A stretch of 64,000 nt of DNA, from the NCBI RefSeq assembly GCF_023055435.1, contig NW_025963779.1, forward strand, positions 50,282,001 to 50,346,000. The letters are read 5' to 3'. Below, in pieces: positions 38,201 through 53,200 of this stretch; position 1 is the stretch's first letter, and every line of letters starts with the position of its first letter. The translations under genes and the position numbers were made by a program. This stretch comes from Haliotis rufescens (lineage: Eukaryota). The notes under the pieces are model-generated. The model did not search any database and was not told the DNA's origin. It saw nothing but the letters and a program-made list of their open reading frames with translations.

Positions 38201-41200
38201 CTCAAATAACGTTCATATTTTGCCTTTGATTTGAGTTTTGATCATGGTCTTCAATTCTCTTATAATGCTTATCCTTGGCTATACAGTAAACTACGTTTAT
38301 AACGAACACGCTTATAACAAACAGGCGGATATAACGAATTTATTTTTTGGTCCCAGCTATTTGTTGTATATATGTTTATTACGAACTACGGTTATAACGA
38401 ACTGAAATTAGTGATTAGTGATTAGTGATTAGCGACAGATGTAAAACCCAGTTTTGAGAGAAAAAAGTTCAACAATGAAATACGCAACCGAAACACATTC
38501 ATGCGAAATACGAATAAAGTGTAGAATTGATAGCCAGTATAATTGATCCCGTAAAATACATTTCCTTTGAAACCCTTTATATTTTTTTTTCTACTAGCCA
38601 AACGTATCACATATATGCATTGGCATGATTCACTTACTTCGAATTTACCGGTTCAAGAGTGGTTGATTGTACCAAGTAATTTTGTTCTTATCTTACTGAG
38701 AAGAAATTGATTTCACTATTTTTGGCATTGTTGGTCTATGATTTTGCCTTTGACTACAGGAAATGCCCAATTGCAAGTATACAGATAAGGTCTTTATCTA
38801 GTCCTGAAAGGCTTCTAAGAGCTAATTATCTGTTCCAAGTATTGATATTCACGGGACAAAGAAAAGCGATGGGATATACAACACACACTCCAATTAGTCG
38901 TTAATAAACATCAGGTTATGTGTATTTTTCCACAGACAAGAAAGTAAACTCTGTAATATTACATGTACTTTTAATATTTAATCACGATTCACATAATGAA
39001 TAAGTAGGATATACCAACGTATTTAATTAGTTTGGTGTTATCATGGACAACTGAAAATATTTGCTTCTAAAAATATCTCAAACAGTTCTTTTTATTAATG
39101 CAAAGCTCAAACGTAATGGTTTGAAGTTCCTTTGTGTTCAATAGACAGACCTTGATATAACATATTAAATGCAATGTTCAAGTAAAAGAACCGGTCTAAT
39201 TTCATCATAAAATTTTAAGTTTAATCCAAATAAACTAACAATTGATCTATGCATTTCCTGCTTTAAGAAGTTCTATCACCAGAAAGCCTTGACTATAAAT
39301 CACAATGGCTGCTCCAGTTCCTGGTCTAAGCTTTCAGTATACCTCAAGAAGGTAGAGGAGTAGCTGTTAGCATGTCATAGAGTTAAGTGATTTACCGTAC
39401 TGAGTTTTCGTTAAGTTAGAAATGTCAAGTTCGGCTTACATAGCTGAGCACAATTAATTCAAATCAACATTCAAGTTCACCTCAATAAGCACTCGATAGT
39501 GGGTGGAGATGGGAGCGGGGGTGGTTAAATGTATCAGTGCATCTTATATTCTCACATGTATTTATATTCAGTAGCCTGATAATACTAACACAATTCACAA
39601 CATGGATACTCTATATTTTGGAAGTATTGTTGATATTGCTCAGTATTTCTAATAACAGGAAATAATGTATTTTACGCATTTGAGTCACTAGCTGTGATCG
39701 ATATGCTATATGTAATGCGTTGTACTTTGTAACGCACTTTGTAAATCATCACCACTGCCGCTTGAACGAGTTAGACTAACATGGTTCATTGATAAGTGAG
39801 TGAGTTGGGATTAACGGTGCTTTCAGCAGTACGCCAGCACCACCACGGCACGTCAGCTTGATGTGGGAGGTAAGCCAACATTGATGCTGGCCATGGTGTT
39901 CGACGTCTACCACTTTGGTAAAACCAACAAGTACGGGTATGGTGCTGACAAACCAAGAAACATCATCACAGCGTATTTGAAATTCGAATCCACCAACGTG
40001 TGTTTCTGGTTCCCCTAAGAAACGCAACTCTTCAAAGCTAAATGCGGCGCATAAGACAAATATGCCATCTGTGCTCTCACGTAATTTGAAAATAATGGAG
40101 GATGTGATATTTTTTGCATATACAGTTGAAGAACATCTTCAAATGGGACTGATATCTTTGACACTCTGAAAGATAACAAAAGACATTCGTGTATAATTTA
40201 CAAAATCTCCAGCTAAAATAGCAGCTGATATGATAAAATATGTGGAAGCAGCACGACCTTTTCCATAATAATTAAATAGATATATATATACCATTGCTGT
40301 ATTTGTATACAGCTGTTACCATAGGTTCGCACCAGCAGTTGTTGGTGATATCTCATTCGATAACATTACCGGTGGAACTCGTTGACGTTCTCCTGGCACA
40401 CGGTCATGCATGACATAAACAATTCCGGCTAAGATGCGGTACTAAAGTAACCTATTTCCTGTATCCACTTCGTGCTGCGGATATCTACAGAGTATTAGAG
40501 TAGCAACTTAGTAAAAAAACCATTACCAGTCCAGGGGATATCAGATGACGTTTGTCGCTCGTCTCTATGGTAGAAATAACGGTCTGCAAAACCTGTGTCA
40601 TATCTCTAGAAATTCGAACATTTGTCGACATGTTATATCGTCTGTACCATCGTCATTTTACGTGAATATTGCTCTTTGGGACGTATAATTATATTCACCC
40701 AAATAAACATAAACAATATGGATAGCACTGCAGCTAATATCCATACGAAGTGGAACCACTGTCCTTACATAACTATATGTCTGCTGATGTCAATGCCTGA
40801 AAAACTCATCTACACACTAATAAGATGTATGATTATATTTCAATGATATCCCATGAGGGTCTTGTGACGACCAATTATTGAATATTGAGACGTAATCAAC
40901 CAGCCAGAAATATGAGAGGCGATTTCCAGATCGTTCGAAAAAATGCCATTACATCAATGATGATGTATAATGAAAAGGGATAAAAATGTGCGTTCATTGT
41001 CACATGTTTTATTTAATCAGTTTTTGTAGGGATCCGATTGTTGTATTCTAAGTCATATTTTCGAATATAATAGCTCTAGTCAACGTGAAATAGGAGAAAA
41101 GTTCAAATCATTGGCCATTTCTGTGGTGTACGTATCCAGTGTTATGCTTTTATTTGTTGCGGCCGGTACACTTCTCAATGTGCTTTATTGTAGAACAGCG

Positions 41201-44200
41201 CCTCCTTAGTCTAGTAGATAGGGCGTCTTCCCGGAGAGTAGAAGATCGATCAGATGCTCTCTCTCTCTCGGCCACGTCATACCGCAGGATATATAGATGG
41301 TTCTTGTTGTTACCATACCTGGGGCTTGGCATTAAGGGAATAAAATAACCACTGGTCGGCTCGGAGAGTCTTTGTCAGAGTAGGGTATCAATGTGAAACT
41401 GCGGCATGGTATCCCAGTGGGCACTGTAGCCCGGCATAAGTCTAGTAGTTGTAANNNNNNNNNNNNNNNNNNNNNNNNNNNNNNNNNNNNNNNNNNNNNN
41501 NNNNNNNNNNNNNNNNNNNNNNNNNNNNNNNNNNNNNNNNNNNNNNNNNNNNNNNNNNNNNNNNNNNNNNNNNNNNNNNNNNNNNNNNNNNNNNNNNNNN
41601 NNNNNNNNNNNNNNNNNNNNNNNNNNNNAAGGAAGAGAAATATTTCTCATGACTAATATACAGTCATCTATATGGTACGACATTAAATTAGTCACTCCAC
41701 CACAGCTTACTTGAATCATTACATTCCTAACTTGCAGTAGTTCAGTTTACATTAGCCATTCATGCGGCATGGTACGTATCTCAGTGGGCAAGGACTATAA
41801 AACCGACATCAGTCCGGACAAGTACAAGCACATGCACACGCACACACACACAAACACACGCGCACGCACACACGCCGAAGCTTTTTTTTAAGCTGTGTGT
41901 CTGTGATATCAATGTCTGAAAGACTTCTTCAAATTAACAGAATTTCCTATGTGTACACTGTCCTGCGTCACAACATTTAAACATACATCCGTTTGCCACC
42001 TTTAATTCTTTGTACTGATATATACACGACAATGTATGTACAAAAACGTCTGTTTATTACAGGGTTTGGTCTGTTGGAAAGTGGCTCCGTCTCCAGTAAG
42101 AATGAAGTGAACATCATGGTGAAGAACGCCGTGGATGTTATCTGTGGAGGACTGACATATTGGATGTTCGGATATGGACTGAGTTTTGGTGAAGATGAAC
42201 GCTACACTAACCCTTTCAACGGCTGGGGGGACTTTTTTGTGACGGCGGACGAGGAAAGTTTGGGATACGTGTATTCAAAGTTCTTTTTTCAGGCGTCATT
42301 TGCAACGACAGCTACAACGATCGTTTCAGGTAACGCATTTCTACACATGCATGTGCTATTAACTCGCCGTGTATACAACAATGTAACACTATAATGTTCA
42401 CTATAATGTACATGTATGTGTATGAAGATAAATGTACACATAGATTGGAGCGGTGAAAAACCATGTTGCTGAAAGCGGTCGCTCGTCATCTGAAGGCCCG
42501 GGTTCTATTCCCAATATGGGTACAATGTGTGAAGTCCGTCCTGATTGTGTTGGAATATTGCTAAAATCGGCTTATAACTCAACCCATTCACTCATTCAAA
42601 ACGATTATCTCATATGTGATGGAGTGAGTGAGTGAGTGAGTGAGTGAGTGAGTATGGTTTTACGCCGCTTTTAGCAATATTCCAGCAATATCACGGTGGG
42701 GTACACCAGAAATGGGCTTCTCACATTGTACCCATGTCGGAAATCGACCCCGGGTATTCGGTGTGACGAGCGAACACATTAACCACAAGGCTACCCGACC
42801 GCCCCCATATGTGACGGAAACGTACAATCCCATAGCCATACCCGATGTCTATTTGTATACGCCATTCCTTCCATGTTCGTTGTCTTCTCGTGCTTATCCC
42901 GTGGTAACTGAATCTCTGAGTTTGACCCTTTACTGTTCCTGGTGTCAGTTGGAATATTGGGGTTACACAAGATGTAAAAGTAAAATCTTTTTATTGTTCA
43001 TTATGTTTGTGGTCATGCCACAGTAAGATCTTCCATAAAAAAGATACCACAGACGTGAGCCATAAAAGTAATTACTTTTACATATATATAACTGTAAGAT
43101 ACACTTTTTGATGGTACTGGCTGGAAAATATCTGCCAAACCCATTCAGTATACAGTCGACTCACGAAGGAGACGATTTGGTTATCCCGGACACCTAGTTG
43201 TACTTTCGTTGTATGTACAATATGTGTACTGTATTTAAATATGCTTGTATATGATTGTCCGACAAAAATAAAGTACTGGCCTCTCTAACGTCATACAATT
43301 CTCATAATTTGTAAACCCGCAACACATACTCCGACACATTATTCATTCGGCAAACCATGGTTTGCACAAAGTATAAAGACGCATGTTATAAAAGCAGGTG
43401 TGCTATTCAGTTATTGAAGTTGGTATTTGATAAACTATATTGTTTGTTTGTTTGTTGTTTAACGCCGCTCTCAGCAATATCCAAGCTGTATGACGGCGGT
43501 TTATAAACTATATTGGTTTTAGGTATGAATACACGATGCCATTGAGAAAGTGGTCAAACGTAACATATGCTATATGTGGGAGTACACTTTCTCTGTAAAG
43601 TACATATTTTAGTACATTTTGTGTTGAGCCCTATCCGGGACTTGAAATTAATATACTCTCAGAGTGAGGCACCTAATCAACCCAAAATATACGAGAATCT
43701 GTACTTTACAAAGACAGTGTAATCCCAAATATAACCTATATATTACTTGGTAGTGAATATCTAACGCTTGATTATCATCCCAGGCGCTATGGCGGAGAGG
43801 ACAAAGCTTGAGGCGTACATCATATTTTCCTTACTGAATACATTCGTATACTGTTTCCCTGCCCACTGGTTCTGGGGTAAACAAGGATGGTTACAGACTA
43901 TGGGTGTGATTGACATCGCTGGAGCAGGACCAGTGCATTTAGTTGGAGGGGTCACTGGCTTGGTGTCCACTCTTCTTTTGAAGCCTCGTCACAATCGCTT
44001 CAAGAGTAAGAAAGCACCTCAAATGGGATCGCCTACAAATGCAATGCTTGGCATGTTTATGCTGTGGTAAGCTCTCTATAAATACGATCGATTTAAATAT
44101 ATTTCAAAATATGTAACTGAATATATTTAAAGGGTTGAAGAACTCACAGTGGAAATTAAACAAACCAGTAGATGTTAGAAACAACNNNNNNNNNNNNNNN

Positions 44201-47200
44201 NNNNNNNNNNNNNNNNNNNNNNNNNNNNNNNNNNNNNNNNNNNNNNNNNNNNNNNNNNNNNNNNNNNNNNNNNNNNNNNNNNNNNNNNNNNNNNNNNNNN
44301 NNNNNNNNNNNNNNNNNNNNNNNNNNNNNNNNNGCTAACAGTGTGCGAACTTTGGTGTTTAAGGTGGGGTTGGCTTGGATTTAATTGTGGAAGCACTTTT
44401 GGAATATCCGGGTTGAAGTGGAAGTTGGCAGCCAGGTACTGTACATTATACCTAGAACGTAGAACGCAGAAAGTATTAAGCAATTCCCCGCAAAATAGAA
44501 TCAATTTATTGTGGCCTTACCATAATATTGTTTGTAGTTCCATACTATCTGCTCTAAAATTGTTGAATGGAAATACCATTAGTTGAAGTGGAAGTTGGCA
44601 GCCAGGTACTGTACATTATACCTAGAACGTAGAACGCAGAAAGTATAAAGCATTTTCCCCAAAGTAGAATCAATTTATTGTGGCCTTACCATAATAGTGT
44701 TTGTAGTTCCATACCATCTGCTCTAAAATTGTTGAAAGGAAATACCTTTTGTTGAAGTGGAGTTTGACAGCCAGGTACTGTACCACATGTATATAATTGC
44801 TTAAACATCGTTAATATATACATTTCCTAAATGATGACAATTCAGTTCACTTGTGGAGCAACTCTAAAGTATAACAGGATCCAATGATGTGTTTGAGTTG
44901 AGTGCTCAAATCTAACGCATTGAACTAAAAATAAATAATTAGAGAGTGGCGGTCCCCAGAGCATATTTAGATTGTCGCTGCCATTGACGTTCTGTCTAGC
45001 TTGTGTCATCATAGAATAGACATCTAGCCCGTGGCGTTCGAGGTAGATCTATAGAAGATCGGTCGCTGTTTGGAAACACTTGTTATGAGAACGCTAATTA
45101 TTGTCGGATAAATCTTTGTACACAGAGTTTAGCGAGTTCGAAAATGTCATCATGACATTACATTATTGGAATCTGATGCAACCACAGATTTTGACAGTCT
45201 CACCTTCCCAGCAAAACCTCTATTAGCAGATTAGACTTCAGAAACGACAATGGCACGATGTGCAGGATACAAAGCCATACACTTTCCTTAAGAGTGTTGT
45301 AATTATTATTGATAAATCCAAGTTGTTGTCCCAACCCTACTTGGTGATAGAAGAAATGTCTCTCAATTGCAAGGCTTTGGCCTTCCATCTGATATATAGT
45401 CAGGATCAGAAGTAGGTTCAGAACCAAGCATGGAATAGTAACAGCTTCCACAACGTCCAATTCATTACGTACTGGTAAACACTTATTGTAAAACTAATGG
45501 GAATGTGTGCTGCAGTCTTATTGGTTGAAAAACGTAATTCAATGGGATTCGAAGCCTGGATTCACTAATTTAAAAATAACGTGCTATTCGGCTTCGTGGA
45601 TACCACGTCAATTAAATATTAATTTAAATCAATGTATATCAGAAGAACTTCGACACTTTTATTTTGTCTGTGCATATTTTGCTGACCAGGCGCGTTAAGT
45701 CATAACGCATATGTGATATCCTTCATTGTATAGTGACGTCATAACATCCCAGGGCGACGTCATGTCTGTCTCACAACTGTGAGAATTTAAATCGACAGAG
45801 TTGTTTTTGAAAATGGCTGATATCTTTAGTAGTTTACACAATCATGTATGATCGAAAGCTTTAGAATCAAATACTCAATACATCCCGCAAATATGAAAAC
45901 ACCACGTTTATCTCCTGATTCAAATGAGAAGTCCAGAATATACATGTAGTTGTAGCACAACAGCCTTGTTATTGGTTCCTAGGAATCTCCGCGTCTTTTG
46001 ATATCGGTTCCTTGCTTGGAACTTGGCCAAAGTGAGCACTCTGCTAAGGATCAACAGATAGAGCGTAAAAAGTAAATCGAAAGAAAATAGAATCAATTAA
46101 GGCCTTAATATGATAGTTCAATATTACCTGCTCTAGAGTTGTAAGTAGGATAATTGTCTTCGAAAACCATCCTATAAATAAACATATAAATGGGTACACG
46201 GCATATTTTATTACCTATATTCTAAAGTCACAAGAACAGTGATAATTGTGATACACAACCATCGATACATTTCACTTTAACGTTTTGTTATGTGTATAAA
46301 TACAATGTGTTAATTCACTTAAAGATATCCTGAATTTAACAAATAAAAGTTTTCATGAAGAAAATTAAATCGTAAAGGAAACCTTTTTGCGATTAATATT
46401 TCTCTGCAATAAAAACAATACATGTACTGCATGCGGATGCTCAGTGCGTACGGTATGGCTAATGTGAGTATTGTGTTTTCTATGCCGATGTCAAATTTAT
46501 TGATGTTTCATATTACAGATCGGCTGTTTCGACTATATGTGCATCGACATCTGGAGGGATTGTTGGACTCCTCCTGAGGTATTTGTAATATTATCATGCT
46601 TGAAACAGTCTTATCACTATCACACTTCTAATCATGAATAAGGAGTGGTGCTGAAGCTTTTAACACTGATAGGACCTTAATGTGGTTGTTTGAGGTTCGT
46701 CGTTGAGATCATAATCAAAGTCTGCAATCAAGTCGATTAATTATGCTTTCCCTAATCATATTGATTGATTAAGGACAAAATATATGGTCTTGGTATTCAA
46801 TTAAGAGGTCCTTTAGTATAATTGATTTACTCCAGATGGCTTATTTGTTAAAGCCAATAATCTTCAAACAAATCAAGGGTTGCATGCGTTCAGGTCGGCA
46901 TGATGCTCTCAAGATAACCAGACAACTTCAAGATCACAGAAACGATCTTCATATTGTTGTATGCATCATGACATCTGTCCCATTTGATTGCTTAGTCATC
47001 GAGTGTAATCGAATAGCAAACCTGTGACGTGGACTCCCACGATGCGCATGTTTCACTTGCATGTGCCCTAGCTATTATTTCTGTACAGAATAATGCATGG
47101 AACTGTTGCACGTTGTTACATTTGATACCTTCTGAAAGACTACTCGTATGTCCCCATACAAAAAGTGTAATGCACACAACTCGTAAACGTAGGCTTGAGT

Positions 47201-50200
47201 ACGTATGGTACTTTGTATTAGGTTTAGATCATATCAAAACTCTTTGAGATTAGTGTGACGAATAGGATTATGATCTTTAAGGCGCGGCTCTGCTTTGTTC
47301 AAAGGTAATTGCTGATACACATCCATTCAAATATTGTGATATGTCATGTGAAATAAATATGGGCATGGGGTGGATGATATGAATCCACAATCGTAAACTG
47401 AACCACTGCAAGTTATAAATGAAGTAATTCATTACAGGTAAGTTGTAGTGTACTGACAAATTTCGAAACATATAGATGAGTGTATATTAGTCATGAGAAT
47501 TTTTTTCACCTTTTCGACTATGACCATTATGATGAGAGGTACGTATAATTATACCAATTGGGGCGGTCGGGTAGCCTAGTGATTAAAGCGTTCGCTCGTC
47601 ACGCCGAAGACCCGGGTTTGAATCCCGACATGGGTACAATGTGTGAAGCCCACTTTTGGTGTCCCCCGCCGTGATATTGCTGGAATATTGCACTCACTCA
47701 CTCACTCACTATAATACTAATTACCACTGCAAAATGTAATAATGTTAAATTCTGAAGAGTATGCATCACTACACTTTGTGGTCGTTGACCTTCGTATTTC
47801 GAAATATGCTCAAAAGTACAGCATATCTAGAAGTTTCGTGCCGCTGCACGTGACAAAATCAGATGAACATAATGCGTGTACGTATACCAGCGACAGGTGA
47901 GTGATTTCAACCGTTCTTATATCTTATATAATTTCACATTAACTTGTGTGATTATCTATTGAAATATGAACGACATCTTTTTCATATATATAAAATACAA
48001 AAGTCCAAAGATGAGCTGTATAATTTACTCAACCGGTTTCACGCATGTTGGTTGGTTAGTTGGTTTGTTGTTTAGCGCCGCACTCAGAAATATTCCAGCT
48101 ATATGACGGCGGTCTGTAAATAATGGAGTCTGGACCAGACAATCCAGTGATTAACATCATGAGCATCGATCCACGCAATTGGGATCGATGACATGCATCA
48201 ACCAAAGTCCCTTTTCATTCCACATCGTCTTTTACGGAATGGCAATTTTACAAGCGCCACTGGAAATCGCCTTTCGTATTGCTGGCTGGTTGATCAGGTC
48301 CCAATAATTGGTTGTCATCTGACCCTCGTGAGGTATTTTGGAACGGATTGTAATCTGGGATCAAGTGTAAGTAATCCCATGGTCAATATCAAATTAAGTC
48401 AGTTTTAGAAAATAATTACTTGTGTTCTAACGGGTCCGTGTGAAGCCAGAAGATCAGGTGACAATAATGCTTTAACTCCACTAATGAAATGCGGCTGAAG
48501 ATGTTCGTCTTGTTCACCTGGCATGGGTAACTTCAAGTTTCTAATAGTTAAAATGATCAGATGGAGTCTGACGCGGACGCGGAGGACTCTAAGTAACCAT
48601 TTCAACGATTAATTTGATAATTTCATTTCACTGAATGTTATAAGTTATCAAAGCATGCTTCATTTATTGTAAAAGAGGTTACTTCAATAAGCTTTGGTCA
48701 ACTGTCATGCTTTATAACTTAATATATATTTATTTCAGTTGATAATTTCATGAGATTTCGTCCATGTCGCCGTTGCAGAAGACTAGATTCCTTAGCCCTC
48801 GATGCGTACTTCGCGGGTTCAAATCCCGCTGGCAACACACGTATTTCGTGAAATTGTTCTATCATCAGCACATAGTTCCGTTATTGGCAAATGTTGTTTA
48901 AATGTCAATCCAGCCTGGTCAAAGACAAAAGGGGGCATGTTTTAAGAGACACAATGATGTCTACAGAAGTCATTCTCATTGAACACGTCTACAGTGCAAA
49001 TCCTATTATTAACAAACATAAGACACCCGGAAGATCCGGGGTAGAATAGGTCTTCAGCAACCCATGCCGTAAAAGGCGACTATGCTTGTCGTAAGTGGCG
49101 GAATCGGGTGGTCAGGCCACTGACCTGGTTGATACAAGTCATCGTAGCCCAATTGCAAGGATCGATGCTCATGATATCAATCACTGAATTGTCTGATGCA
49201 GACTTGATTATTTACACACCACCGTAATACAGCTGGAATATTACTGAGTGCGACGTATAAGCAACAAACAAAGAAACAAACAAACGAAACATAAGAACAA
49301 TCCTGACGTACTTCCCAAACTTATTCAATGCTAAGTTTTACGCGAGTGATTATTCACAGATACATCGCCTCAAATGTTAACTGTGTGAATCGTGCGTGCG
49401 TGCGTGTTTGTGTTCGTGTGTGTGGATGGTGGATTGATTGATTGATGATTTATGATTAAGTACAGATGCAAAATATTTATTTTCAAATGCGAAAATAGAC
49501 ATCGATCACATACTTATATGTCACCTACGATTGTTTAGCACATCACTGTTTGTGTTTCAGCTACATTGTGAAGAAGCGTCAGTTTGATGTGGGTTATCTG
49601 ATTAACAGCATCCTTGGATCTCTTGTTGCTATAACTGGTGAGTCTAATGCCATTTGCGCAGCAACTGATCTACAGGTCAAAATGATACAATATTACCGAT
49701 GCGCATGGACACTTTTATTCCATTAACTACATTAGTAATATAAGAATCGCGCTAACATGTTGTCAAATAGGGACAACAAGATGAACACCTGTCCATCATA
49801 TCGACTGACTTCACCGCTAATTTGCCTTTTCCGCCCAATGGAATCTGTTTCGGCGGATAATCGAGACTGGTTATCTGTGACGTTGGCGTTTTATAGTAGA
49901 CTTCAACAGCTCAGCCAAAGAAATACTCAGGGCCCATTTATTGCTGGATATTTGTAAAATGAATCATCCGTCTAAAGCCGGTTTGACGCATAAGTAGATA
50001 TTAATTTCTTGAGCATTTTGACTCGTTAAGCATTGTTTATCTGAAACTAAGATATCGGGCAGAACCAATTTCTCTATTTTTTTCAATTTTGTGGCTATGT
50101 TGCGGATGACACACAAGCCCGGCACACAACCAACCATTCGATAAGCATAAGTTGCTGGGGACCTATTTTAACACGGAATTCCCAAGGGGCTACCCACTGG

Positions 50201-53200
50201 TCCAGTGTTAATGGTTAATTGATATAAGGAGATTCTCTTACAAAAATTATTGAATATAACCCGGCAATGGATGTATTTTACGAAATATACATGCTTCGCT
50301 TTGAATGTCGTGTGGCTACGTCAGAGTAGAATTAGGATGGTTTCATTTTAACCTTAAGAAATAGTTAAAGAGACTCCGAAAATGATTTTAGAAAGACTTT
50401 AGGTCTCCGCTGAATCACACGTGTGAGGAAAAACTATATACTAGGATCTTAGTTTACATGGAGATAATTCTCTTCTATGAATATTTTGTTATTTCACGTT
50501 CACAAATATGACATACGTAAGTCTTTAGTATGCCATTTAGTGATTTCTAAAATTTGATACATGGAATAGTAATGGATCAAACTACATCCAGAAGACCAAT
50601 TCAAACACTGGCGACGAAAGTTATCTCCTTTATTTCCGGATTTGACATTATAAACTGAAACAATGGCTCAAGTCTTGACAAAATTACATCCAAATAAGTG
50701 AATGAAGGTTTGAATTACAACTTGCTTACTAAAATAGTTAACGAATCTGATCGTTTGTTGATATATAAATAATTTAGTAAAAATCGAAGAATGTCATTAG
50801 ATACCCATCAGTTTAAGTGGGTAACAAAACTAAAACTGTCTTTATCTGATTTTCTTGGTGCCTGTTTTGCAATGATAAATAACATCACAGAATCCTTACA
50901 ACAAAATCGTTTTTATATAAAATATGCATGCGTAAGGATAACCTTTGCACCTTTTGTAATAGTGAAATAGCAACTCAAATTATTTCATTCAACAAACTGC
51001 AAAGTATTATCAATACTCGTTTAGATACTGATATGATTTTTTTTTCCTGCTTGAAGATCCCATGGCAAGCATTCTTGCGAATCGCATTTTTATTATTTAT
51101 CAAAGAATGTATTGCTATAAAATATAGCGGTATTGATGTGACTGTTCACCAACTGATTCACTCTAAAACCACAATTTTAATATTGAAAAGTATAGTGTCA
51201 GGGATCCTAAATTCTGTAGCAAACGGTCAAATATAATCTTCAAAAAAAGAAACTTGACATAGATGTAAAACCACTTTTTGCCAAATATCTAAAATAATTA
51301 CATTAAATGAGAACCAAATAAGTCAAACAGAAAGATGATGTGTCTATAATTCGCGAAAACACATGCAAAGCACATAAACGTAGCGTTTGGGGATCAATTT
51401 TACAGCTTCATCCAAACGCAACCGCCTGTAAAAAAACGTGCAGCACAGGATCCTGCATTTAGGCATGCAGGCCCCCCTGCTGAATGGGTATAAAAATCCA
51501 CATCAACGGCTGTTCATACAGTCCTTATAACGGCAGTAGAGGCGGTGACAGAATGCCAAGACTGAATGCAGCTCAACGGAACAACGCCATTGGGAGATTA
51601 CAAGCTGGAGCAACTCAGCAAGAAGTGGCCAGGCACTTTGGCGTATCGAGACAGACAATCTCCGCACTGTTGACCCGATACAACAACACCAACAGAGTTG
51701 ACAACAGACCAAGGTCAGGAAGACCAAGGCTGACAACCCAAGTACAAGATCGATACATCCGGCTGCGACACCTCCGAGACCGCACTACCACAGCCACGTC
51801 TACAATTACACAGATCCCTGGGGTACGCAGAATATCAGATCAAACGGTACGCAACAGACTGAGGGAGGCTGGACTTTTTGCACGAAGACCTGTTCGACGT
51901 CATGTATTGACCCCACGTAATCTGGCGGACCGTCTGCTTTGGTGCCAACAGAGGGTTAGATGGGCATGTGCAAGGTGGAGAAGTGTACTGTTTACTGACG
52001 AGTCCCGTTTCCTACTCACACGTGCTGATGGGCGCGCACGTGTCTACAGACGTCGGGGTGAACGTTACGCCCCCAACTGTGTGCAGCAGGTTGTCCCATT
52101 TGGCCGGGGGAGTGTCAGTGTATGGGCCGGAATTCATCACGGTGGTAGGACGCCTCTCGTGCATGTGGCAGGTGCATTGACAGGTGTGCGTTACAGAGAC
52201 TTGATCCTACAGCCTTACGTTCTTCCTCACGTCAACGTTCATGGCGGACAGTTCCAGCAGGACAACGCTCCACCGCATATTGCACGTGTTTGTCAGGACT
52301 TCTTACAGCACAACAACATCCAGACATTACCTTGGCCAGCCCGGTCACCAGATTTGTCCCCGATTGAGCATCTGTGGGACGAGTTGGATCGATGCGTTCG
52401 CAGAAGGAATCCACCGCCCCAAACACTTCCGGCGCTCCTTGGTGCACTTCAGCATGAATGGCAGCACATCCAACAGCGTGTTATTGACAATTTGATTGCA
52501 TCTATCTGTCGTCAGTGTCAAGCGGTGATTGATGCACGTGGTTGGCACAACCGGTACTGACATTATCTGTACCCCTGTGACATTAACTGTATCGTGTACG
52601 TGTGTCTGTCCAGGTGACACGATTAATGTTTTGAACATTATGTAGATTGATCTTCAAACAGTGTTTCAATTATGGTTTCAGTGTTCTATTTTGAAACAAT
52701 CGCATTATATTACATTTTGAAAGTCATTGTCAAGTTTCTTTTTTTGAAGAGTATATATTCCTCCTTAAAGACTAAATTGTGTATCTTATTTCTCTCCTTC
52801 TCTATCTATTGCTTATGAATGGTAGGAACAATTCACGCAAAAAATGTACTCTCTCGGTGTATGTCTCCTTTCGTCTTTCACACAAACCTTTCGCCTATGC
52901 ATTCAATTCCACATTATTTCTCAACAATCTTAATTTCTGTAGTTCAATAATGATGTTAGGGTTATTCCAGCCACGTGGGACCTCACACTAGCTGCTCTAT
53001 ACTTCTAATTAAACCAAGAATTTTGAAGAGTGTCACGAACACGTCAAGCGAGGCAACTTGCCAGCATTTTAAACCACTGCGACACTATTACACCACGGAT
53101 GATTATCATTACCCCTAACGGATCACTGTGCAATCCTATTAATATTGCGATCTCAACTCTCTAGAGATCATACACCCCAAACTGCCATAAACCGCTCGAG

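Noticed and set aside
48766-48840. tRNA-like sequence with GGTTCAAATCC B box
   Set aside because: Only the T-arm is recognisable; likely a decayed SINE head.
51484-51552. Upstream in-frame ATG extending the transposase to 358 aa
   Set aside because: Homologous Tc1 copies here start at MPRL/MQRL, and the extension overlaps the TATA-like box.
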